DNA of 64,000 bases from an uncultured virus (IMG/VR IMGVR_UViG_3300021959_000026) (Duplodnaviria; Heunggongvirae; Uroviricota; Caudoviricetes), in IMG/VR virus record IMGVR_UViG_3300021959_000026, one strand, 5' to 3'. Numbering within the stretch: position 1 is the first letter of the stretch; every line of letters begins with the position of its first letter. The translations under genes and the position numbers were made by a program. Shown piece by piece: positions 1 to 8,956 of this stretch. A model generated the notes under the pieces. It worked only from the letters and a program-made list of their open reading frames with translations, was not told the DNA's origin and searched no databases.

Positions 1-2
1 CG

Positions 3-674
3 TTTCAAGGCCCTACTGGACAGTGGTATATTGAGAACTCTCTCACCACCATTGGACAGAATGATCCCGTATCAGAGATGAACTCTGCATATTGGAACTC
101 TGGTGTTGAGTCTGACAAGGAGATTGCCCGTAAACAGAAGCGTAAGTTGCAGTACTTTGCCAACATCTATGTTGTGCAAGACCCTGCGAATCCTCAGAAC
201 GAGGGTAAGGTTATGCTTTATCGTTTCGGTAAGAAAATCTTTGACAAGTGCATGGAAGCAATGCAGCCTGCATTCCAAGATGAAAGTCCTGTCAATCCCT
301 TCGATTTCTGGGAAGGTGCGAACTTCAAGTTGAAGCTTCGTATGGTTGATGGTTACTGGAACTATGACAAGTCTGAGTTTGAAGCACCAAGTCCGTTGTT
401 TGATGATGATGACAAGCTGGAAGAGCTTTGGAAGACGCAGTATCCTCTATCAGAGTTTACTGGGGAATCTAACTTCAAGTCCTACGATGAACTGAAGAAG
501 CGTTTGGATATGGTTCTTTCTGGGACTACCACAGTAGGTAAGGCAACAGAGGTGATGGAAGATGCACCTTGGGCTGAACCTAAAGTAGATACAAAACCTA
601 CTCCAGCGCCTACTGTTGATACTGATGATGATGGGGACACAATGTCCTACTTTGAAAAGTTGGCAAACGAGTAA
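3..674 (+). CDS. gp32: T4-like single-stranded DNA-binding protein gp32 (5'-truncated by window edge)
   Basis: Frame open from nt 3 (FQGPTGQWYIENSLTTIGQNDPVSE..). Motifs RKQKRKLQYFANIYVVQDPANPQNEGKV, FDFWEGANFKLK, YWNYDKSEF and acidic tail SYFEKLANE are typical of gp32. Confidence 0.97.
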   Translation, partial: FQGPTGQWYIENSLTTIGQNDPVSEMNSAYWNSGVESDKEIARKQKRKLQYFANIYVVQDPANPQNEGKVMLYRFGKKIFDKCMEAMQPAFQDESPVNPFDFWEGANFKLKLRMVDGYWNYDKSEFEAPSPLFDDDDKLEELWKTQYPLSEFTGESNFKSYDELKKRLDMVLSGTTTVGKATEVMEDAPWAEPKVDTKPTPAPTVDTDDDGDTMSYFEKLANE

Positions 675-677
675 GAG

Positions 678-708
678 AAAGGGGGAACTTCGGTTCCCCC
701 TTTTTTTA
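678..708 (+). terminator. Rho-independent terminator (possibly bidirectional)
   Basis: aaaGGGGGAAC-TTCG-GTTCCCCCttttttt: perfect stem with UUCG tetraloop and U-tract between convergent genes. Confidence 0.92.
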
Positions 709-713
709 TATTT

Positions 714-2636
714 TTAGTAAACCTCTCCATAATGGTGGATTCCGCCATTTGGAAAACGTGCATACATAGGAACTTGCGGCGGGATGGTTACGCTATTGTG
801 GTTTCCTCCAACCGAGGTTGAATTCACAACAGTGGTGTCAGAACCTCTTGGAGTATCATTCAGTGTCTTCAATTGTTCAGTGTTGTTCCTCAATTCATCG
901 TTAAGCTCTGGAAGTATGGAACTTGGGTCTTTGATTTGACTCTTACGAAGGTTGATCAAGGATTTTCGGACATCTTGAAAGCCCAGCATAAGTTCACGCT
1001 CATCCTTTTTATCTATACCTGCTCTAAACGCCGTTGAACTTGACTGGCCGGAAAACTTTGATTTACCGCCACTACGAATTGATTGGAACGCACTCTGTTC
1101 CTCAAGTCGCAAGAGCTTCAAAAATGCACTCTTCTTCTCCGCATCTAAAGCTTGAAATTCCTTACCAAGCAATTTTGATGAAACACCACCAAATAATTCT
1201 TTCAATTGGCCAAGTCGATTTTCCGCACTTCCCTCGAAATGTGTTGCGGAGATTGCCTCTTTAAATGACTTAGCTATAATAGCCCGAATTTCTGCTGGGC
1301 TGCCACCATATACCGCTGCATCCACCGGGGGTTTCTGTTCTAATCTCTTTTTGACTGCATCGGCAATTATCCTCTGCGCTTCGTTCGCTTTTCTCAGCTG
1401 TTCTCTGGCCCGTGGATCATCTGCCCGCTGCTGGCTCCTTTTTCTCGCTATCTCATCGACGACCTCCTTCCGCCTCTGTTGCTCTGCAGGCGTTTGTTTA
1501 TCTATATCCTTTATTGCGTCGTTTAATATTTTTGTTTCTGCTTTCGCCGACCGATCATGAAACCAGTCTATAGCTACGCTTAGTCCATACATCGCCAAGG
1601 CCGCCGCAGTAAGACCACCGCCCAACAATCCCAGTCTTCCGAGCAAACCAAGTTTAGATGCCTTTGATCCCAATGATGTTGCGGCTTGTCCTGCTGATCC
1701 TGCTAAAGTGTCGGTTGCACCTTTGAAAAATAACTTTTTGGCCAGAGCTCTGATGCCCATTCCAGCAAGTGTAGTGGCCGCCCTTGGACCATAGTAAAGT
1801 GCCAGTGCAGTTGCAATTACTCCCCCCACCCCAAATTGTTCATCCATAAATTCAAAGAGACTTCTAATTCTTTTGAAACCAGACTCTATTATTCCTGCTA
1901 CCGTATTCCAATATGGACTCTCTATTAGTTTCGCAAGAGCATATATTGCACCCGCACCAAGTAAAGCAAGAAATCCAGCTTTACCTGCTAATTTTGCCGT
2001 TTTAAGTATTCCCCCAAGGAAGCCGGTAATTTTACCAAACTGATTTTTAAAGAATCCATCCCTCCTCTTTTCTTTACTCTCTTTCTCTTTTTCTTCTGAC
2101 TTTCTCTGTGCTGCGGTCAGCCCTTTGGTAGCAAGAGATTTCATTCCACTGCCGATCTTCTTGATACCACCACCAAGTTCTTTAAACATATCACCCAGAC
2201 CTACTTTGAACCCCTGTGTTAATGCCTTTGGAGTAAGAGCTTGCAACATTAACTTGAAATCTGATGGTAAAGATTTCTCAGCGCTGATATCACTTGCTTT
2301 TTCGGAAAATGCATTGAAACCTGATTTTGGTATGGCAAGGCCAAGAGTTTTTAAAGGTTCTTTTATATCACCTATGAGTTTTTGTGTTGTTTCTTCACGC
2401 TTGGCGGCTTTCTCATCTTCCTTCTTAATTAGAGTATCGGTAGCTTCATCACGCTTTTTTTCCTCTTCCCACTGTGCAATTTGCCGCTGTGTATTGAGAG
2501 TATCGGACAAGATTTCTGGTAGAGCGTTCTTGATTATGTCAGCCTTGGTGTCATCCTGCTCATTGTCTGAGTGAAGTTTATCCAGTTTTTTATTAGTATC
2601 TTTTAAAAGAGATGCTACAATTGAGAGATCAGCCAT
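714..2636 (-). CDS. Probable tail tape-measure / baseplate hub (gp29-like) protein, 640 aa
   Basis: Helical, K/A/G/L-rich with central hydrophobic segments. C-terminal 'TTVVNSTSVGGNHNSVT' tail. Lies downstream of genes 26/51. Confidence 0.6.
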   Translation of the reverse strand: MADLSIVASLLKDTNKKLDKLHSDNEQDDTKADIIKNALPEILSDTLNTQRQIAQWEEEKKRDEATDTLIKKEDEKAAKREETTQKLIGDIKEPLKTLGLAIPKSGFNAFSEKASDISAEKSLPSDFKLMLQALTPKALTQGFKVGLGDMFKELGGGIKKIGSGMKSLATKGLTAAQRKSEEKEKESKEKRRDGFFKNQFGKITGFLGGILKTAKLAGKAGFLALLGAGAIYALAKLIESPYWNTVAGIIESGFKRIRSLFEFMDEQFGVGGVIATALALYYGPRAATTLAGMGIRALAKKLFFKGATDTLAGSAGQAATSLGSKASKLGLLGRLGLLGGGLTAAALAMYGLSVAIDWFHDRSAKAETKILNDAIKDIDKQTPAEQQRRKEVVDEIARKRSQQRADDPRAREQLRKANEAQRIIADAVKKRLEQKPPVDAAVYGGSPAEIRAIIAKSFKEAISATHFEGSAENRLGQLKELFGGVSSKLLGKEFQALDAEKKSAFLKLLRLEEQSAFQSIRSGGKSKFSGQSSSTAFRAGIDKKDERELMLGFQDVRKSLINLRKSQIKDPSSILPELNDELRNNTEQLKTLNDTPRGSDTTVVNSTSVGGNHNSVTIPPQVPMYARFPNGGIHHYGEVY

Positions 2637-2646
2637 GACTTATTCC

Positions 2647-2979
2647 TTACTTCTTAGGTTTGCTGAGTGCTTGTGCGCCAAAGAAAGCTGCGACGATACC
2701 GGCAACTGCGATGAAATACACACCCGCCATATCACCAAGAATCTTTGCTGCTTGATCCATATTGAAGACTGTTGCAAGGACTACGATAATAGGATACAAC
2801 AACATACCACCAAGAGAGTACCATGCCATTGTGCGCTGTGCATCACGCATTGCATCTGCATCCTCAAGTTCCTTACGTTTGAACTCAAGCCACATATCAT
2901 GTTCTTCTGGGTCAACCTTACCATCGCCATTCGTATCTGCTGGATGATGACCTGATGCTTTAATTTCTTCTTCGCCCAT
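2647..2979 (-). CDS. Small membrane protein with EF-hand-like loop and 2 TM helices (holin-like)
   Basis: ATG at 2979 preceded by AGGAGG; DTNGDGKVDPEE loop; two hydrophobic segments; basic C-terminus KPKK. Confidence 0.6.
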   Translation of the reverse strand: MGEEEIKASGHHPADTNGDGKVDPEEHDMWLEFKRKELEDADAMRDAQRTMAWYSLGGMLLYPIIVVLATVFNMDQAAKILGDMAGVYFIAVAGIVAAFFGAQALSKPKK

Positions 2980-2983
2980 TTGA

Positions 2984-3181
2984 TTACCTCCTTTGTCTTG
3001 CAAGTTCTTTTTCTTGGTGTGCTTTCTCATCCTCAAGGTGTTTTATCAACAATCCAATATATACTTCTCTCTCCCACGGTAACATATCTTCTAACTCAGT
3101 TAAACTATATTTATGGTGTTGCATCATCATAAAATTTGTCTTGTAGTAATTTACTACGCTGTCGTGAGCCAGCGCTACCCT
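2984..3181 (-). CDS. gp51: Baseplate hub assembly protein gp51-like frame (missed by ORF track; first ATG at 3130; probably also reached by -1 frameshift from gp26)
   Basis: Translates RVALAHDSVVNYYKTNFMMMQHHKYSLTELEDMLPWEREVYIGLLIKHLEDEKAHQEKELARQRR*, the short gp51 motif of marine T4-like phages. Confidence 0.85.
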   Translation of the reverse strand, partial: RVALAHDSVVNYYKTNFMMMQHHKYSLTELEDMLPWEREVYIGLLIKHLEDEKAHQEKELARQRR

Positions 3182-3882
3182 AAAAAACTTTCTAAGCCCT
3201 CCAACAATAATTCACTTTTCTTTTTTGTCTTTGGGTTAACTATATCAATAACGTGTCTCAGTTTTGGCATTGTCTGGAAAAAATTTACAACAGATTCTAG
3301 TTGAACTGTATTGAAAGAATCGATGAACTCAACAATCTCATCATAAGTCATATCAATTCTCTGAATAAGTTCTTCTCCACTCTGAACACTTTCAATACAA
3401 CTATAAATCATCTGCATCGTCTGCTCAAATTCTCCTACATCATTGTTTAAGCTTTCAAAGTCTTTCATCATTGGATATCGAAAATTGAGAACAATATCGT
3501 CTGTAAGTTTAATACTTTTCGAATGTTCTAAATTCATCTGAATGTTAATTTCATTCAAATTAATCTCAACCTTAACTCTTGTTTCATCATCATCTGGACA
3601 GGTAACTTCAAGTTCTACCTGTTCACCAACAGACTTTGCTCTAATTTGTAGAAAAATATATTCTATATCAAACATTGGAGATGTTGTCGCATCCACTGAT
3701 TGAAATGTGCAGTCGGATACCAATCTGGCTATTGATGAAGCAATCTGTTTTTCATCATTAGATTCTTCAGCAATCATCAGAATCTTTTGTTCTCTGACCA
3801 AGAATGGTCTAAATTTAACTTCCTCCTGTGTCGATGGTACTGTTAGTGTGTATTCATTAGTCTTTAGTTTAGGTAATGCCAT
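3175..3882 (-). CDS. gp26: Baseplate hub subunit/assembly chaperone gp26
   Basis: MALPKL..Y.L..PST...VKFRPFLVREQKILM; FDIEYIFLQIRAKSVGE; FFQTMPKL; GLESF C-terminus. Confidence 0.93.
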   Translation of the reverse strand: MALPKLKTNEYTLTVPSTQEEVKFRPFLVREQKILMIAEESNDEKQIASSIARLVSDCTFQSVDATTSPMFDIEYIFLQIRAKSVGEQVELEVTCPDDDETRVKVEINLNEINIQMNLEHSKSIKLTDDIVLNFRYPMMKDFESLNNDVGEFEQTMQMIYSCIESVQSGEELIQRIDMTYDEIVEFIDSFNTVQLESVVNFFQTMPKLRHVIDIVNPKTKKKSELLLEGLESFLG

Positions 3883-3899
3883 AATATTTCATCCTTTAA

Positions 3900-4562
3900 T
3901 TATCCTAGTTTACTTAACACCCTCGGTATGTTTGCATTGATTGATCTTTCTGCACCCGATATCACTGTATCAAGAACCTTCTCTAGAAGATTTGGTGGTT
4001 GGTTATTAATGTCAAGGGTCTGCCAATATCTATAGTTCATAGTGATAGGTATTCGTAAAACATCTGAGGCAGGGGTAGAACTCAGTGATGACGGCCCAAT
4101 TGATTCTGGATACGCCTCAAATAATCGAATTCCAAAACGTCGAGTATTCTGCTGATCCAGAACATAGATATCAACTTCCTTGATATAGTTCTTGTAGTAA
4201 CCAACTTCCCATCTACCGACATCCCACATTTCTTCTTGCCACTTCTCAAAAAATACTCTTTCTGAAAGATCACTACTTGCATAAAAAGACATTGCGACTG
4301 CGCCTGCAAAGGACATTCCTTTAACCTGTTCTGACTGAATGCCATATTGCGAGATATTAGTTTCTTTCGTTACAGCACGCCCCGGCAGTTCTATTGATTC
4401 GCAATTCATAGAAACCTTCCTAGCATCCCCTGCACCGGGAGATGTGATAATAACCTCATACCGACTTGGGAGTGCATATCCATTTTCACCGTGAAACTCT
4501 GACAGGAAATTGTTTAATACGCCAAATGCGGTTGATTCTACAAAACTTGCTAGTGTTGCCAT
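3900..4562 (-). CDS. gp54: Tail-tube initiator / baseplate-tube junction protein (gp54-like)
   Basis: SRYEVII, CESIELPG, ERVFFEKWQE, Y.KNYI..V.I..LD, LFEAYP, ITMNYRYW motifs. Likely start ATG 4562, overlapping the gene 2 stop. Confidence 0.75.
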   Translation of the reverse strand: MATLASFVESTAFGVLNNFLSEFHGENGYALPSRYEVIITSPGAGDARKVSMNCESIELPGRAVTKETNISQYGIQSEQVKGMSFAGAVAMSFYASSDLSERVFFEKWQEEMWDVGRWEVGYYKNYIKEVDIYVLDQQNTRRFGIRLFEAYPESIGPSSLSSTPASDVLRIPITMNYRYWQTLDINNQPPNLLEKVLDTVISGAERSINANIPRVLSKLG

Positions 4563-5119
4563 TAGATCATTGCCCTCGAATCTTTCCACACCTCTGATGC
4601 AGATGCCTTCTTAAACCTTTGCACGGGTAGTAGGGTTGCAATCGTAAATTCATCTGCATCAATCCTACGAAACTGTGACTTGGTTTGTCCAGCAAGGTAT
4701 TTGTGTATGGTTGGTCTGATAAGTCGAACACCCTTTAACTTCTGGTAGTCAACAATTAGCCGAGTAGACTCATCAAATGCGGTGTTGTTAGAGAAATCCA
4801 CCAAACGGTCAAGTAACTTGATCCTCAGTGGAATAGGTAGGTAGTGAAAATTGATACCCAGAAATCCATCTGAATATGTCTCTAGTGGCAACACCAGTGG
4901 AAATGTGTCATAGTATGGTAGGGTTTTCTTGAACTTTGGGTCATACATAAACATATTCAATTTACCATAGAACGGCTTGTTGTTCCTCTTACCATCCCGT
5001 AAGAGGTCAAGTGAACTTGGTGTGCCCAATTCTTTGATCTTTTCTCTATACCATGCAGTTGACTTTGGGCGACCTTTCGCCTCATCCTTAACTGCTTGCA
5101 TGTATTTACTAATTGCCAT
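4562..5119 (-). CDS. gp2: DNA end protector protein gp2
   Basis: G.LNMF.YDPKFKKTLPYYDTFPLV, GFLGINFHYLP..LR, LPVQRFKKAS...VW.DS. Confidence 0.95.
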   Translation of the reverse strand: MAISKYMQAVKDEAKGRPKSTAWYREKIKELGTPSSLDLLRDGKRNNKPFYGKLNMFMYDPKFKKTLPYYDTFPLVLPLETYSDGFLGINFHYLPIPLRIKLLDRLVDFSNNTAFDESTRLIVDYQKLKGVRLIRPTIHKYLAGQTKSQFRRIDADEFTIATLLPVQRFKKASASEVWKDSRAMI

Positions 5120-5123
5120 ATAT

Positions 5124-5567
5124 CTATTTATACGAAATACCTAGATGATCTTCAGTTAAAATCTTGAACTCCATACCATTATCTGCACACCATTCTGTTG
5201 CATATCGCCATTTAGCATCATTCACACCATAGGTTATAACCTCGTTCATCCATCGTCTGGTGCGTCTCTTGGGTTCCTTGGGTGGTTTGCACTGCACCTT
5301 GGGTTTAACCTCTATGATCATCTTCTTGATTTGACCATCAGCCTGTTTGACCTTGATGTAGAAATCTGGAAAGTATCTGTGCATACGCCCATCCTTGGGT
5401 GATAAATAGGGTATAATGATCTCTTCACTACCCCATTCAATTATGGATGTGCTGTTGTCACAGTATACCATAAACTTACGTTCCCAGAGAGAACGATAAA
5501 TTATGTTCTGTGGATCACCCTTATATTTTTTCGGATTGATCGGCGTATATCGACCTTTGTATGACAT
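5124..5567 (-). CDS. gp4: Head completion nuclease gp4 (TnsA-like fold)
   Basis: YKG.Y.P.NP.KYKGDP.NI.YRSLWE, WGSEEI.IPY.SP.DG..HRYFPDF, EVKP, N.AKW..A, F.ILTE. Confidence 0.95.
   Translation of the reverse strand: MSYKGRYTPINPKKYKGDPQNIIYRSLWERKFMVYCDNSTSIIEWGSEEIIIPYLSPKDGRMHRYFPDFYIKVKQADGQIKKMIIEVKPKVQCKPPKEPKRRTRRWMNEVITYGVNDAKWRYATEWCADNGMEFKILTEDHLGISYK
5125..5132 (-). promoter_or_regulatory. T4-type late promoter TATAAATA (gene 2)
   Basis: tatttata on + strand, immediately upstream of the gene 2 ATG. Confidence 0.75.
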
Positions 5568-5571
5568 TCGT

Positions 5572-5579
5572 TATAAATA
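5572..5579 (+). promoter_or_regulatory. T4-type late promoter TATAAATA (gene 48)
   Basis: Exact TATAAATA about 30 nt upstream of ATG 5609. Confidence 0.8.
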
Positions 5580-5608
5580 GTTCCATCAGTGTATAAGGAT
5601 ATTTAGAC

Positions 5609-6736
5609 ATGGCATTAAGAGACGCTTTTGTAAACATAGCAAAGAATGCAGCGGCTAGTGCTGCATCAGGTTTGGTCAGTGGAGCTGCTAGTAGTCTAAG
5701 ATCAGGGTTGGGTGGTTCATCGTCCAGTTCTACATCTAGTCCTCTACAAAGTTCATTTAATGCAAAGGCGAAACCAATTCTCATGTATCCAGCTGGACTA
5801 GGAACAGATGGTCGCAATTTGAATTACATAATGTTTACACCTATGTCAGTAGCTCACACTAAATTGAAAAAGAATCTTGGCAAAGGCCCTAACGTGACCG
5901 CCCTATTGAACCGAGACGCTGACCAAGGGGGCGGCGGCAACGAATCTCTTGAGGCTGTACAAGCCAAGGATGTAGCCCTTCGAGCTCAATCTGCTGGTGT
6001 TGGGAAGACAAGTTCAATTTATTTGAACAGTCGTGAATTCACCACTACCAAAATTCAGAGAACCATAGCATTATATATGCCACCACAATTAAATGTATCA
6101 TATGGAATGGAATATGCAGAATCAGAGATCAGTGGGTTTTCATCTGTACTCTATGGTCTTTTTAAGACTTATCAATCAACTGGTGAGCTAGATATCAAAG
6201 GACTTCAATCAGGCGAAGCCGCAGAAGTTTTAACACAACAAGCAGCAAAGATTGTTAACGGTATTCCCGGTCTTAGTGGTGCGAAAGACCTTATCGCAAT
6301 GGAACGGGGTAAAATTGCAACACCTAAGATGGAACTCATGTTTAGAGGTGTTTCACGCCGAGAGTTCTCTTTTGCATTTACCTTTTTACCTGAAGATAAA
6401 CAGGATGCTCAGACCGTACAGGAAATAATTAGAGAATTTAAAATAGGAATGCATCCAGAATTTGATGCTAACGCTGGTTCAAGATCACAAAAAATTCCTG
6501 ATATATTCGAAATTGCATACCATCACACAATGGGTCCAAATTTAAATTTGCACAGGATAGGAAAGTGTTTTCTGAAAAAAATGGATGTCACTTACGGCGG
6601 TGATCAATTCCAAACATTCAAGAGTGATGGCGATGACTACAACGGTGCCCCTGTTAAAACAACAATATCATTGACTTTTGGTGAAATTACACTTATTGAC
6701 AAGAATATGGTTTCGCCACAGGTCGGGGGGTACTAA
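5609..6736 (+). CDS. gp48: Baseplate tail-tube cap gp48
   Basis: IALYMPP, P.MELMFRGV.RREFSFAFTFLP, F...MHP, CFLKKMDVTY, PV...ISLTF.E. Confidence 0.88.
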   Translation: MALRDAFVNIAKNAAASAASGLVSGAASSLRSGLGGSSSSSTSSPLQSSFNAKAKPILMYPAGLGTDGRNLNYIMFTPMSVAHTKLKKNLGKGPNVTALLNRDADQGGGGNESLEAVQAKDVALRAQSAGVGKTSSIYLNSREFTTTKIQRTIALYMPPQLNVSYGMEYAESEISGFSSVLYGLFKTYQSTGELDIKGLQSGEAAEVLTQQAAKIVNGIPGLSGAKDLIAMERGKIATPKMELMFRGVSRREFSFAFTFLPEDKQDAQTVQEIIREFKIGMHPEFDANAGSRSQKIPDIFEIAYHHTMGPNLNLHRIGKCFLKKMDVTYGGDQFQTFKSDGDDYNGAPVKTTISLTFGEITLIDKNMVSPQVGGY

Positions 6737-6737
6737 G

Positions 6738-7280
6738 GTGTATTTTTCTCAATTCCCTGCGATTGTATATGACTCTGTTGGTAACGGTGACTATAAGGTA
6801 GTTACGCATCTACTCAAACGTGTTGCCTTACACAGTAAAGCAAAATCTGTGAGTGGACTTTACGACACCTATGATGTTAGGAACGGTGAGACACCAGAGA
6901 TGATTGCACACAAGTTTTATGGTGAAGCAGATTATCATTGGGTGATCCTGTTAGTCAATAACATCACAGACAGGTATCACCAGTGGCCAATGAACACTCG
7001 ACAGTTTCTTGCACACCTTGCTGAGAGGTATGACAATGTGGATGCAGTGCATCACTATGAGATTTATCAGGAGTCGGGTGATACCAATGTGAAAATCAAT
7101 ATTGGAACTAGCAATGTAGATACAGATGGTAATACGATTGCAGATGCAACACTGATCACAAACAGAGAATATGAAGAAGAAAAACAGGATGAAATTAGGA
7201 AAATACGACTCCTAGACCCAATCTATCTGGAACAATTTGTTAAGGATTTTCAGAGGTTGATTTCTAATACAAAGGATTGA
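6738..7280 (+). CDS. gp53: Baseplate wedge protein gp53 (LysM-like)
   Basis: GTG start, YFSQFP.I.YD; ETPEMIAHKFYG..DYHWVILLVNNI; HHYE; NREYEE...E.R.I.LL. Confidence 0.93.
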   Translation: MYFSQFPAIVYDSVGNGDYKVVTHLLKRVALHSKAKSVSGLYDTYDVRNGETPEMIAHKFYGEADYHWVILLVNNITDRYHQWPMNTRQFLAHLAERYDNVDAVHHYEIYQESGDTNVKINIGTSNVDTDGNTIADATLITNREYEEEKQDEIRKIRLLDPIYLEQFVKDFQRLISNTKD

Positions 7281-7284
7281 TTGA

Positions 7285-8709
7285 GTGTTAACTGGATTGA
7301 AAACTGGTGGTGAGTTTAATCTTCTTGAGGCTAAACTGACATTATCCACAGGAGTAGTTATAGACTTGGTTGATGGTAATAGTATCATGGGGCTTAGTTT
7401 GTTTGAAAATATTGAGAGCCATAATATAGATGGGGTTGTGACAATCCAAGATTCCGTAAATTTAGGGTCAGTCGGTCCTATTATTGGACAAGAATATTTT
7501 AGTCTTAAAATTGCAACGCCCGGACTAGATAATAATGAAGAATATAATATTGATTTTACTGACAATGCTTTTATGATTACGTCTTTAAAAAGACGTGTTG
7601 ATGTCGGCAACGGCGTTCAAGCAAACATATTGAGTTTTTCATCAAGAGAATTGATAACGAATGCTAGACAACGAGTCAGTCGAACTCTGGTAGGAACCTA
7701 TTCAGATATTGTCAAAACCATGTTGCGAACTGATCTAGACAGTGGTAAACCATTTTATGTCGAGGATAGTGTAGATAATAAAAAAATTGTTGCTCCAAAC
7801 ATATACCCCTTTGATGTAATAAAAATTGCGACAAAACATGCTATATCTAAAAAACACAATGATCCAACATATATTTTTTGGGAATCTATGCGAGGGTTTA
7901 ATTTTAGAACTCTTGGAAACATGTATTCTAAGACTCCTATCATTACATATCAATACACAATACCGGGCACCAGATATACTGACGGCAAGTTGAATGTTGC
8001 ATTAGAAACTTCTGCTATAGAAAACTTTACAATAACAGGTACACCAAATACATTGAGAAATTATAATAGTGGTGCGTATTCCTCAAGTTTGATTGTTCAT
8101 GATATTATTTCTAAAAGTTATAAAAAACATACATATAACTATATTAATAGTTTTGATAATCAAAGACATATAGACAAAGAACTAGCGAGGCCGGTCTTGA
8201 ATAATATTCCTCTCACACAGGGTGGAGGCAATTTAACATCCTTTCCCTCAAAACAATATTTAAAACCCACAGTTGGTTTTGGTAATGATCAGTCATATTT
8301 GGATGACTCCTATCAATACAATTTTACCTCAGAGAGACTCCCTGACATAATTCAATCTAGAGCTTCACAGATGGTAATGATGGATGGATTGTCGTTGAAC
8401 ATTGATGTCACTGGTAGCACACTTGTGTGTGCAGGCGATATAATTGGTGTAATAATTCCAAACACCGCAGCAAACATAGAGGGTAATGATACTGAAGACA
8501 GTTTATTTAAGGGAAATTTTCTAGTCAAAACTTTACGTCACGATTTTGATATGGGAGAATCAAGAAGACATACTATGTCAATGCAAGTTGTCAAAGATAG
8601 CATGACAAAAAATATTCCATCCCCTGATAACAATTTTGAACCAAAACAAAAATCACCGCCGAGAACAATCAAAGAATTTGATGATATCGGTCTATATGAT
8701 ACTCAATAA
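7285..8709 (+). CDS. Baseplate hub protein (gp27-like)
   Basis: LFENI...G.VTIQDS.N....PIIGQE, YIFWESMRGFNFRTL, V.G....AGD.I, G.FLV..LRH.F motifs; follows gp53. Confidence 0.7.
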   Translation: MLTGLKTGGEFNLLEAKLTLSTGVVIDLVDGNSIMGLSLFENIESHNIDGVVTIQDSVNLGSVGPIIGQEYFSLKIATPGLDNNEEYNIDFTDNAFMITSLKRRVDVGNGVQANILSFSSRELITNARQRVSRTLVGTYSDIVKTMLRTDLDSGKPFYVEDSVDNKKIVAPNIYPFDVIKIATKHAISKKHNDPTYIFWESMRGFNFRTLGNMYSKTPIITYQYTIPGTRYTDGKLNVALETSAIENFTITGTPNTLRNYNSGAYSSSLIVHDIISKSYKKHTYNYINSFDNQRHIDKELARPVLNNIPLTQGGGNLTSFPSKQYLKPTVGFGNDQSYLDDSYQYNFTSERLPDIIQSRASQMVMMDGLSLNIDVTGSTLVCAGDIIGVIIPNTAANIEGNDTEDSLFKGNFLVKTLRHDFDMGESRRHTMSMQVVKDSMTKNIPSPDNNFEPKQKSPPRTIKEFDDIGLYDTQ

Positions 8710-8767
8710 GGAGAAGTCCATTTATAACACCTCTATATCCAAACATCAACAGCGAAAGGAACTTAAA

Positions 8768-8956
8768 ATGGCTAAGACCAAAAATCGTATCAAGAAGATG
8801 ACATTCCAGACCCAAGAGCGCAAGTTAGATTGCACTCCACTTTCAGACAATGATAAATATATTATAGAGATGGCCGGATATAGAAGAGAAGGACGAACAC
8901 CAAATGAAGACATACAACGAACTACAGGAAGGGTTGCAAGACCCCAATATATTTAA
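8768..8956 (+). CDS. Hypothetical small basic protein
   Basis: AAGGA RBS before ATG 8768 (MAKTKNRIKK..); overlaps the next gene by 53 nt. Confidence 0.35.
   Translation: MAKTKNRIKKMTFQTQERKLDCTPLSDNDKYIIEMAGYRREGRTPNEDIQRTTGRVARPQYI

Noticed and set aside
1034..2955. Plus-strand ORFs overlapping the tape-measure-like and membrane genes
   Set aside because: Antisense to well-supported genes and lacking recognisable motifs
5124..5567. TnsA-like nuclease as evidence of a Tn7 transposon
   Set aside because: It is the core T4 head-completion gene 4 in its usual position next to gene 2; no transposon ends or other Tns genes
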